From: Methylophilus sp.
Lineage (GTDB): Bacteria; Pseudomonadota; Gammaproteobacteria; Burkholderiales; Methylophilaceae
DNA: 64,000 nt
Assembly (NCBI RefSeq): GCF_035460085.1
Contig: NZ_DATHWZ010000090.1
Location: 15,006-79,005, forward strand
Direction of reading: 5' to 3'
Shown: positions 1 through 8,063 of the stretch, one piece after another
Layout: each line of letters begins with the position of its first letter
How positions within the stretch are numbered: the stretch's first letter is position 1
The notes under the pieces: generated by a model
What the model was told of the DNA's origin: nothing
Seen by the model: only the letters and a program-made list of their open reading frames with translations
Database searches by the model: none
Position numbers and translations under genes: made by a program

Positions 1-497
1 AGGCCCATGTGGCTATCACCCATTTCGCCCTCAATTTCGGCACGTGGTGTCAGTGCTGCCACAGAGTCGACCACCACGATATCCACAGAACCGGAACGCA
101 CCAGCATATCGGCGATTTCCAGGGCTTGCTCGCCGGTATCAGGTTGGGAGATCAACAAATCAGGCACATTCACGCCCAGCTTGGCCGCATACTGTGGGTC
201 CAGCGCATGTTCCGCATCGATAAATGCAGCAACACCGCCTAGCTTTTGCATTTCGGCAATCACGGACAAGGTCAAGGTGGTTTTGCCTGAAGATTCAGGA
301 CCGTAAATTTCGACAATACGTCCACGCGGTAAACCACCAACGCCAAGGGCAATATCCAGGCCTAACGAGCCGGTTGATACTACTTGTAAATCTTCACCGA
401 TATCAGCATCGCCCATGCGCATAATGGAGCCTTTGCCAAATTGTTTTTCAATCTGGGAAAGTGCGGCGGCGAGTGCTTTGCTTTTATTGTCATCCAT
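1..497 (-). CDS. recA: Recombinase A, 5' part (runs off the window start)
   Basis: Not in the ORF track. Manual minus-strand translation from ATG at 497 gives [30 protein letters not shown]...GPESSGKTT...[10 protein letters not shown]...[11 protein letters not shown]...DSVAAL, which is RecA with its Walker A motif. Confidence 0.98.
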   Translation of the reverse strand, partial: MDDNKSKALAAALSQIEKQFGKGSIMRMGDADIGEDLQVVSTGSLGLDIALGVGGLPRGRIVEIYGPESSGKTTLTLSVIAEMQKLGGVAAFIDAEHALDPQYAAKLGVNVPDLLISQPDTGEQALEIADMLVRSGSVDIVVVDSVAALTPRAEIEGEMGDSHMG

Positions 498-698
498 GCT
501 TGTTGCCTTTTGTGTGTGAGGGAAAAGCGTTTTTCATTTAAACGCTATATAATCAGATAAATAACTGCTAATTATTTCATAAATCGACCATCAGTGATAT
601 GGCATTCGAACGATTAGTGTAGTGAATTGTCAACCGTAATAAGGCATACACGTTTAATAGCCATCATGCTTTGATCGTTTTCCGTGAGAGGAGCCTTT

Positions 699-1049
699 AT
701 GAAGATCGCCAAATATATTTTAGGGATTGCGTTAAGCAGCATTGCCGCATTATCCGCCCACGCTGATAACAACTGGTCGGTAGGTGTTGTGGTAGGCAAT
801 CCATATGCGCCACCACCCGTTTACTATGCACCGCCACCGGTGTATTACGCCCCACCGCCAGTGGTGATTTACCGTCACCCGCACAGCAGTTATTACGGTG
901 CGCCAGCGGTAGGATATGCGCCACCAGCGCCCGGTTTTATCCAGTTTGGTTATAACAACGGTGGCTACCGTGGTTTTGACAGAGGCCCGAGAGGCCCGCG
1001 TGGTGGCTGGGGACGTGGTCACGATCATGATCACCGCCATCACCACTAA
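699..1049 (+). CDS. Secreted Pro/Tyr/Gly-rich low-complexity protein (PXPV-repeat-like) with His-rich C-terminus
   Basis: GAGAGGAG RBS before ATG 699; signal peptide ending AHA; three YAPPPV(Y) repeats; ends GHDHDHRHHH. Confidence 0.8.
   Translation: MKIAKYILGIALSSIAALSAHADNNWSVGVVVGNPYAPPPVYYAPPPVYYAPPPVVIYRHPHSSYYGAPAVGYAPPAPGFIQFGYNNGGYRGFDRGPRGPRGGWGRGHDHDHRHHH
804..866 (+). repeat. Three in-frame 21-nt tandem repeats encoding YAPPPV(Y/V)
   Basis: tatgcgccaccacccgtttac / tatgcaccgccaccggtgtat / tacgccccaccgccagtggtg; the units differ mostly at synonymous positions. Confidence 0.9.
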
Positions 1050-1555
1050 GCAGTATGTTTGATCAGGTTCAGCAAGCCTGCCAGCGCATGACTGGCAGCT
1101 TGCTGGCGGATTTCAGTCCTGCTCCCTTCGTAATAGCAAGTTTCTACCAGCATTTTTTTCGCTTGCTGACCTTTTTGGGTGTTAGCTGCCCAACTGAAAC
1201 ACACCATTCCTATCGGCTTTTCTACAGAACCGCCTCCAGGCCCGGCAATGCCTGTGATTGACGCACTGATTTGGGCACGGCTATGCTGTAACGCGCCAAT
1301 CGCCATCGCTTCTGCGACCGCTTCACTGACAGCACCATGGATCTCAATCAATGATCTAGGCACACCCAGCATATCGGTTTTGGCTTCATTGCTGTAAGTC
1401 ACAAAGCCGCGATCAAACCAGGCTGAACTGCCAGCAATCGCAGTCACTACCTGCGCAACCATACCACCGGTACATGATTCAGCGAGAGCCAACTGCCAGC
1501 CTTGGGCTTGTAGGGCCAGCCCAACGTCCTGGCTTAACGCTTCAATATCTTCCAT
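1046..1555 (-). CDS. pncC: CinA C-terminal family nicotinamide-nucleotide amidohydrolase
   Basis: LALAESCTGG, GSSAWFDRGFVTYSNEAK, GAVSEAVAEAMA, SITGIAGPGGG motifs; ATG 1555 overlaps the pgpA stop codon (TGATG). Confidence 0.93.
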   Translation of the reverse strand: MEDIEALSQDVGLALQAQGWQLALAESCTGGMVAQVVTAIAGSSAWFDRGFVTYSNEAKTDMLGVPRSLIEIHGAVSEAVAEAMAIGALQHSRAQISASITGIAGPGGGSVEKPIGMVCFSWAANTQKGQQAKKMLVETCYYEGSRTEIRQQAASHALAGLLNLIKHTA

Positions 1556-2061
1556 CACAGCCACCATTGAAACAGTTGCAATACCAGGATCGCCATGACT
1601 GCCGCCATTGCATCATCCAGCATGACGCCCAGCCCCCCTTTGATGTGCCTGTCTGCCCAGCTGATGGGAAACGGTTTCCAGATATCGAATAGGCGGAATA
1701 ATATAAACGCTGACAACCCCCAGCCCCAGGTGAATGGCACGGTGATCAATATCGCCGCCATCGCGACTATTTCGTCCCAGACGATGGCGCCATGATCGCT
1801 CACACCTAATGCACGGCCGGTGAATGCACTGCACCAGACGCCAAATAAGAATAGCAACGATACAGCCAGCCACTGTTGCCAATGCGGCAAGGACATAAGG
1901 GCCCAGAATAATGGGAAGCCCAATACAGTTCCTGCCGTCCCGGGTGCTTTAGGGAACAGTCCCGTGCCCAGCCCAAAGCTAAGGAAATGCAAGGGATGCG
2001 AGAAAAGCAGCGCCAGGTCTGGTTCGGTGATCCGCTGACGGTTATTAGCCAAAGTGCTCAT
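1555..2061 (-). CDS. pgpA: Phosphatidylglycerophosphatase A
   Basis: PKAPGTAGT, DHGAIVWDEIV, FRLFDIWKPFPI, GGLGVMLDD motifs; follows thiL as is usual. Confidence 0.95.
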   Translation of the reverse strand: MSTLANNRQRITEPDLALLFSHPLHFLSFGLGTGLFPKAPGTAGTVLGFPLFWALMSLPHWQQWLAVSLLFLFGVWCSAFTGRALGVSDHGAIVWDEIVAMAAILITVPFTWGWGLSAFILFRLFDIWKPFPISWADRHIKGGLGVMLDDAMAAVMAILVLQLFQWWL

Positions 2062-3004
2062 AGCCTTTCTTTGATAATTCAATCTGAGTTTCGCGATCTT
2101 GTACAGTCAGTCCTGGAGCTTCAGTGATACACCCTATGCGCGTTAAAGGCACATCCAGCGCTTCTGAGAATGCGATGACTTCATCACGTCGTTGCGGAGA
2201 TACGGTAAAACATAATTCATATTCATCACCTCCACCGAGCACCGCCTGCTCTAGAACAGACTGGGAGACCTCTGTAAGCAATTGAGGTTTAGGTAATAAC
2301 GCCCAATCAAGCCGGGCACCTTTACTGGAAGCTTTAAGAATATGATTCAAATCGGCCAGCAAGCCATCTGAGATATCGAGTGCAGCATGCGCGATTTCCC
2401 GCAACGCCAGCCCCAAGGCCACACGAGGTTGCGGTTGATGCATGGCAGATGCGAAATCAGCGACATCATCAGCATGCAAATCCAGCTTACCCAGCTTGTT
2501 TTGCAGCCATAAAGCGGCTTTCCCGAGCGTCCCGCTGACCCAGATATCATCGCCCGCCTGCGCTCCACCCCGCTTGATCGCTTTATGTAGTGGCACCTCA
2601 CCAAAAATATTAATGGCAATATTTAATGGCCCACGCGTGGTATCTCCACCAATCACCGAAACGCCATAGGCATCGGCGCAGGCGAACAAACCCTGGCTAA
2701 AGCCTTGCAGCCAGTCTTCTTTAATTTCTGGTAAAGCAATCGATAATGTTGCCCATTTAGGGTTTGCGCCCATCGCAGCCATATCACTGACGTTCACTGC
2801 CATGGCTTTCCATCCGATCGAGTAAGGATCAGCCTCTGCAAAAAAATGCGTCCCGGATACCGACATATCGGCAGAGATGGCCAGTTGATAGCCTGGTGTT
2901 ACAGTGATTAGCGCTGCATCATCCCCTATACCCAGATCGGCTGTATTGAAACCAGCTTTACCAGGCCTGGTAAAATATTGAGCGATAAGATCAAACTCTG
3001 CCAT
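2045..3004 (-). CDS. thiL: Thiamine-monophosphate kinase
   Basis: MAEFDLI start, GIGDDAA, NVSDMAAMG, GGDTTRGP, LDISDGL, GGDEYELCFT motifs. Confidence 0.96.
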   Translation of the reverse strand: MAEFDLIAQYFTRPGKAGFNTADLGIGDDAALITVTPGYQLAISADMSVSGTHFFAEADPYSIGWKAMAVNVSDMAAMGANPKWATLSIALPEIKEDWLQGFSQGLFACADAYGVSVIGGDTTRGPLNIAINIFGEVPLHKAIKRGGAQAGDDIWVSGTLGKAALWLQNKLGKLDLHADDVADFASAMHQPQPRVALGLALREIAHAALDISDGLLADLNHILKASSKGARLDWALLPKPQLLTEVSQSVLEQAVLGGGDEYELCFTVSPQRRDEVIAFSEALDVPLTRIGCITEAPGLTVQDRETQIELSKKGYEHFG

Positions 3005-3356
3005 GCCGCTTTTTCCACCAGCTTTCCAGTAAAATAAACACAAACCAGGCTAAAGCTATTCCCACCAGATCGGCAAACCAATCATAGACGCTGGGTTGGC
3101 GCGTCGTCGTCAGGACACCTTGCAACACTTCCATCAAGCCTCCAAACACCGTCAATCCAAGCAGCATAGCGCGTTTATGCATAGGGAAAGCCATCAATCC
3201 CCAAAACATCACGCCGCCAAAAGCAATGATATGTTCTATTTTATCTTTGTATATTGAGCCATCGTTAGACGGCGGCATTTCTATGAGTAATAAATAGGTC
3301 AGGATGGTGAAACAAGCTATGAAAATCAGGGTGGGAATCTTTTTGTAATTCATCAT
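2991..3356 (-). CDS. VanZ family membrane protein
   Basis: DKIEHIIAF, MEVLQ...R.PSVYDWFADLVG match the VanZ pattern; four hydrophobic segments. Confidence 0.85.
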   Translation of the reverse strand: MMNYKKIPTLIFIACFTILTYLLLIEMPPSNDGSIYKDKIEHIIAFGGVMFWGLMAFPMHKRAMLLGLTVFGGLMEVLQGVLTTTRQPSVYDWFADLVGIALAWFVFILLESWWKKRHGRV

Positions 3357-3964
3357 TCATTCGTTTTTTGACGTTGGGCAGATTTGGGTCTGAAAGACTT
3401 GACAATACTTTCTGCTGTTTGGATATACGGCATAGGGTTTGTGGCTGTGGCCAATAAATCCAGGCAATAAGGCACCGCAGCAAAAATCCCCGGTACCAAG
3501 ATATTACCTTCTGCATCTTTTAATCCTTCCAGTGTTTCCTGGATGGATTTTGGTTGCCCTGGCAAGTTGATTATCAGACATTGTTTGCGAATCACCGCCA
3601 CCTGGCGTGACAAGATGGCCGTGGGGACAAAGCGCAAGCTGATTTGCCGCATTTGTTCTCCAAAACCTGGCATCTCTCTGTCCGCAATCGCCAGCGTCGC
3701 TTCTGGTGTCACATCTCTGAGCGCAGGTCCCGTGCCGCCCGTGGTGAGAACCAAATGACATTGTTCATCATCTACTAATTGCTTGAGCGTGCCAGAAATG
3801 GTCGCCTGCTCATCGGCAATCAAGCGTGTAACGATTTCAAAGGGAGAGGTAAGGGTTTTTTCAAGCCAGGAAGACAGTGCGGGAATCCCCTTGTCCTCAT
3901 AAACACCTTGCGATGCGCGATCACTGATGGATACCAACCCGATGCGCGTGAATTGTTGTTGCAT
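3353..3964 (-). CDS. mog: Molybdopterin adenylyltransferase
   Basis: IGLVSISDRAS.GVYED.GIP, TTGGTGPA.RDVTPEAT, PTAILSRQ, INLPGQPKSI motifs. Confidence 0.96.
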   Translation of the reverse strand: MQQQFTRIGLVSISDRASQGVYEDKGIPALSSWLEKTLTSPFEIVTRLIADEQATISGTLKQLVDDEQCHLVLTTGGTGPALRDVTPEATLAIADREMPGFGEQMRQISLRFVPTAILSRQVAVIRKQCLIINLPGQPKSIQETLEGLKDAEGNILVPGIFAAVPYCLDLLATATNPMPYIQTAESIVKSFRPKSAQRQKTNE

Positions 3965-4082
3965 AACTTGAGGTCTATGTTAAGTTGGTCGGTATTAATA
4001 TGGTGTGTTAATGTACCAGCACATCATAACATCACCCGGCACATCAGTAAGCTTAAAGGTGTCATGCATCATGGAGAATCAG

Positions 4083-4883
4083 ATGAAAGTTTTATACAAA
4101 GTAGCGCATTTCACAGGTAGATTCACCTCGCCCAGCCAGTGGTTGTTCATATTGCCTGCGCTAGTCATCATTACCTTATTCACTTTCTCGAAAACAGTAT
4201 CGGCAGATGACAACCCATACGCCAGCAATTACCAGGCGCAGAATCAGGGTAATCTGCATTCACTGCAAAGCAAACCCGAACCACAATTACTCAGCGGCAC
4301 CCGTCGTGATGATGACAATATCAACATGCTGGAAAACGGTTATGACCTGATGGGCCTGAGCGCATTTGAAGCGGGAGACATCTCACCCGAACAGGCGATT
4401 AGCCATGGCCGTAGCATCCAGGCAGATATGATCCTGGTATATGTTAAAAAATCCGGTAACGCTACACCAGCCTCAAAAATGGAAGTCATTAAAGAAGCCG
4501 TCAAAAAAGGCCAAGCGCTCACCGAAAAAGATATGGCTATCGACCCGGGCAAATATCGCTACTACGCTACATACTGGGCAAAATTGCCACCACCGGTACT
4601 AGGGGTGCATGTGGTTAAGCTGGTCGCCCGCAAATCCTCACAAGAAGATGAACAACCACAAGTGACCGATGCCAGTGAAGGCGTCAGGGTAATTGCCGTG
4701 ATACATGGTTCTGCCGCCGAGCAGGCCGGGGTATTACGCGGCGACCAGTTACTGAGCATCAACCAGGAAAAAGTGAACGATGCTGCGGCTTTATCGAGCC
4801 TGGTCAGGCGCTTCAAGGGCAATACGGTCACTATCAATATCCAAAGACAATCTGAACCGCTTTCGTTAAAGGTCACCCTGTAA
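4083..4883 (+). CDS. Exported/membrane-anchored PDZ-domain protein
   Basis: GGAG RBS before ATG 4083; N-terminal hydrophobic segment; C-terminal PDZ (GVRVIAVIHGSAAEQAGVLRGDQLLSIN); no protease domain recognised. Confidence 0.85.
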   Translation: MKVLYKVAHFTGRFTSPSQWLFILPALVIITLFTFSKTVSADDNPYASNYQAQNQGNLHSLQSKPEPQLLSGTRRDDDNINMLENGYDLMGLSAFEAGDISPEQAISHGRSIQADMILVYVKKSGNATPASKMEVIKEAVKKGQALTEKDMAIDPGKYRYYATYWAKLPPPVLGVHVVKLVARKSSQEDEQPQVTDASEGVRVIAVIHGSAAEQAGVLRGDQLLSINQEKVNDAAALSSLVRRFKGNTVTINIQRQSEPLSLKVTL

Positions 4884-4931
4884 CAGCAAGCCGCTCTGAA
4901 TTATCGACCTCATTAATAGAAAGTGTTTCAC

Positions 4932-6932
4932 ATGTTTCAAGTTACGTTCGAGCATCAGGCAGCCCGCATAGCGTCTGGTCATATCGACGATATCCAGTTT
5001 TTACGTGCGCTGCTTGATGATATCCGTCCTCGTCAATCAACCGATACTGAGAGTGCCAGCAAGTCAATTCAGGCGCTTTGTTTCCTGCTACAGCAGCAAC
5101 CTTCATTTGCGCTGGAATTGCGAAACAGTATCCTGCGTCTCTTGAATGAAAAAAGTGTGATTTCACTGTATTCCGAGCATGGCATTCAGTCTGATTTAGG
5201 ATTTTTTACTGAAACCTACCGGCGCTTTTCCCACAAATTACTGCCCGAAGTCCCTGATCCCAGATACCTGAAAGATGTATTTGGTCAGGTTTTTCACCAC
5301 ACTAATGATGCTAACTGGGTAACCGGCGTGCCGAACACTGTATGGTGTGATTTCATACATACTCTGGCATTGAGCGAGGGTAATGATTTGCAGCAGGAAA
5401 GCTGCATTCAAGAATTGAAGGATGCACTACAGGTGCTCTCTTTCCGCCTATCCGCTTCAGGACTCGACCCGGAGCTTATTTTGCAGCATGAAGACCTGGA
5501 AAATAATGCCTCGCCATTCATTACACAGAATATTGAAATCCAGAAATTCCTGGCACTCTCGGTCACTACTGCAGACGATATACAACATATTTATGATGTA
5601 TTGAAACGTTGCCAGAAACTCAATGATGAAATCCGTAAGGCGAACGCCAAGACAGGGACCAGCATTTCGCTAACCGCCCTGATGCAAAGAATGCAGCAGC
5701 AGATTCATCGTATGCAATTATTGGTGGATATTCTGCATGGTCTGTTACTCAAGCATGATGTGAATGATGCGATTACGCGCTTGTTCAAGCAACTGGTTTA
5801 TGCCGAGTGTAAAAAGAACAACCTTTCAGAATATTGGCGCCATAACACTGAGTTACTGGCTTTGCGGGTGACTGAAAATGCCAGTCACACCGGCGAGCAT
5901 TACATCGCCCAGCATAGGCAGGAGTATTTGAAGCTGATGGGGTCTGCCATGGGCGCCGGGGTGATTATTGCATTTATGGCTATGTTTAAAATCATCATCG
6001 CCAGCTACCACTTCGCGCCTCTGGCTGAAGCCATTTTCTTTAGCCTGAATTATGGGTTGGGGTTTGTTCTGATTCATTTACTGCATTTCACAGTCGCCAC
6101 CAAACAGCCGGCGATGACCGCAGCGACAATAGCGGCCGCCATTGATGATGATGGGCACGATAGCAAAAACATTCACAGCCTGGTCAAGATTGTCGCGCAG
6201 ACCACCAGCAGCCAGACAATCGCCATTCTGGGTAATGTCATTGTCGTGATTCCGATGGCGATGTTTATTGACTGGCTGGTAGTGCAGTATAGCGGCCACC
6301 ACTTTATCGGCGAGGCTAAAGCCAATATCCTGCTTGACTCAAACAACCCGTTGATCAGCCTTAGTGCCCTATATGCTGCGGTGGCGGGGGTTTGCTTGTT
6401 CCTTTCCGGCTTAATTGCTGGTTATCATGACAACCTGGCAGCTTATAACCGCATTCCCGAACGTATCGCCCACCTGCCCCTTTTACAACGCTTCTTGGGT
6501 AAAGAGCGCCTGCTACGTATTTCAGAATACATCCGCCATAATCTGGGCGCGCTGGCCGGTAACTTCTATTTTGGCTGCTTGCTTGGGTTTGCATCCGGGC
6601 TGGGCGTGATGCTTGGTTTACCATTGGATATCCGCCATGTCACCTTTGTAGCAGCATTCTCCGGCTATGCATTCTCTGCACTGGATTTCCAGGTGAGCTA
6701 TTACATACTTGGAACGGCCTTACTCGGCATTTTTGTGGTGGCGACCATCAACTTGCTGACCAGCTTCGGTTTAGCTATTTTTGTTGCTATGAAATCAAGG
6801 CAAGTGCGCTACCGTCACTGGAAAGCTTTTGCGCTGGAATTACTGACTTTGCTCTATCGTCAACCGTGGAAATTCGTACTTCCACCTAAAAAAACTGAAA
6901 TTGAGTCAAGACTTGAAAGAACTAAGCACTAA
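4932..6932 (+). CDS. Gcr-family 'site-specific recombinase' (PF10136-type) polytopic membrane protein; C-terminal half resembles an FNT channel
   Basis: Family motifs ASHTGEHYI, LNYGLGF, VATKQPAMTA, GNFYFG.LLG, LPLDIRHVTF. N-terminal soluble helical region plus about six hydrophobic helices. An in-frame GTG at 4923 is an alternative start. Confidence 0.85.
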   Translation: MFQVTFEHQAARIASGHIDDIQFLRALLDDIRPRQSTDTESASKSIQALCFLLQQQPSFALELRNSILRLLNEKSVISLYSEHGIQSDLGFFTETYRRFSHKLLPEVPDPRYLKDVFGQVFHHTNDANWVTGVPNTVWCDFIHTLALSEGNDLQQESCIQELKDALQVLSFRLSASGLDPELILQHEDLENNASPFITQNIEIQKFLALSVTTADDIQHIYDVLKRCQKLNDEIRKANAKTGTSISLTALMQRMQQQIHRMQLLVDILHGLLLKHDVNDAITRLFKQLVYAECKKNNLSEYWRHNTELLALRVTENASHTGEHYIAQHRQEYLKLMGSAMGAGVIIAFMAMFKIIIASYHFAPLAEAIFFSLNYGLGFVLIHLLHFTVATKQPAMTAATIAAAIDDDGHDSKNIHSLVKIVAQTTSSQTIAILGNVIVVIPMAMFIDWLVVQYSGHHFIGEAKANILLDSNNPLISLSALYAAVAGVCLFLSGLIAGYHDNLAAYNRIPERIAHLPLLQRFLGKERLLRISEYIRHNLGALAGNFYFGCLLGFASGLGVMLGLPLDIRHVTFVAAFSGYAFSALDFQVSYYILGTALLGIFVVATINLLTSFGLAIFVAMKSRQVRYRHWKAFALELLTLLYRQPWKFVLPPKKTEIESRLERTKH

Positions 6933-7018
6933 ACACAATGACGCTCGCAGGCAACTTAGCATCTAAACTGTTTTATGTTTAATTGAACTGCTTTGTTGCC
7001 TATGCAGGGCGGAGTCTT

Positions 7019-7255
7019 TCAAGAAGTTTTTTCTATCAAAAAGTGAAATACCCCGTCTTCCTTTTTAAAAGACAGTAAGTTGACCGGATGATTGGTAATC
7101 AAGGTACGGATATTTTGCTCGCTGCCAAGTGCGGTCGTTTTCACCAGGATAATCTGGCCCGGTGACAGCTTATCTATGGCTTCTTTGGTTTTCAACATCG
7201 GCTCAGGACTCTGCAATCCTGTTAAATCCAGTTCTAAATCAATATTTTGCATCAC
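7019..7255 (-). CDS. TusA/SirA-family protein lacking the catalytic cysteine
   Basis: LDLTGLQSPEPMLKTKEAIDKLSPGQII.V follows the TusA pattern (LD..GL.CP.P...K..L..L..G..L.V), but reads SPEP instead of CPEP; the protein has no Cys. Confidence 0.8.
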   Translation of the reverse strand: MMQNIDLELDLTGLQSPEPMLKTKEAIDKLSPGQIILVKTTALGSEQNIRTLITNHPVNLLSFKKEDGVFHFLIEKTS

Positions 7256-7443
7256 GATAACCCCTCAATCACCAGTACTGCGCTTGCAAGCTCCTGGCCA
7301 TGTTTTTTAATTGTACTGATTGGTTGACAGCAATTGTTTAACACTCGTATTCTATCTATGCGCACCTTATTAAACTTGATCGAATAACCAGCCCGCAACA
7401 AATAAAAGTCTAGCCGCCCAATTTAACGGCCTTGCCTTAAACC

Positions 7444-7971
7444 CTACTCTGTATCTTCATCAGTTGCATTGTGAGTGCTTTCCGCCAAATCCCGTATCAT
7501 TTTGAACAACTCACGGCTGCTCTTGGGCGGTTTGTTGGCTGCTAACTCTTTTTGCGCATTACGAATCAATGTACGCATCTGCTGCACATCAGTACTTGGA
7601 TACTCCACAAGAAACGCTTCAAATGCCTTTGGATCTTCAATCAAGCGGGTACGCCAACGCTCCATCTGATGAAAGCGGGCATTTTCTTCCACATGCTTGC
7701 CTTCCCATTTTTGCAATTGCTCGACGATCGGCGCCAGATCAATGTCGCGCATCAGACGGCCAATATATTGCAATTGACGGCGAATAGCGCCATTGGCAGT
7801 AAGTCGCTTGGCCTCGACAATCGCGTCACTTAAGGCTTCATCCAGTTGTAGCTTCTTTAATCTGTCTTTTGGCAGTTCAAGTAATTGACGACCAATTTCC
7901 TGCGCAGCATCAGCTTCTGCTTTTAATTTAGTTTTACTTGGTTGGGAGTCTTCCATGGGCTTAGCTATCAT
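7444..7971 (-). CDS. yjgA: Ribosome biogenesis factor YjgA (DarP)
   Basis: SKTKLK.EA...QEIG..L, RRQLQYIGRLMR, HQMERWRTRLI, KPPKSSRELF motifs; divergent from pmbA. Start is 7971 or 7956. Confidence 0.93.
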   Translation of the reverse strand: MIAKPMEDSQPSKTKLKAEADAAQEIGRQLLELPKDRLKKLQLDEALSDAIVEAKRLTANGAIRRQLQYIGRLMRDIDLAPIVEQLQKWEGKHVEENARFHQMERWRTRLIEDPKAFEAFLVEYPSTDVQQMRTLIRNAQKELAANKPPKSSRELFKMIRDLAESTHNATDEDTE

Positions 7972-8063
7972 TCGCGGTTCTGCAGTGATGGTAAAAGCAA
8001 TCTCTGCCAAATCACGGTATGATACCAGCTTTAATTGCCAAGCAAAAAACTAGCGCTCACAGC

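Noticed and set aside
7-424. Plus-strand ORFs 7..306, 9..242 and 224..424
   Set aside because: They are antisense shadows of recA, which reads clearly on the - strand.
4932-6932. Treating the Gcr-family gene as a mobile-element recombinase
   Set aside because: No catalytic recombinase motifs, att-like flanking repeats, GC shift or cargo genes; the protein is largely membrane-embedded.
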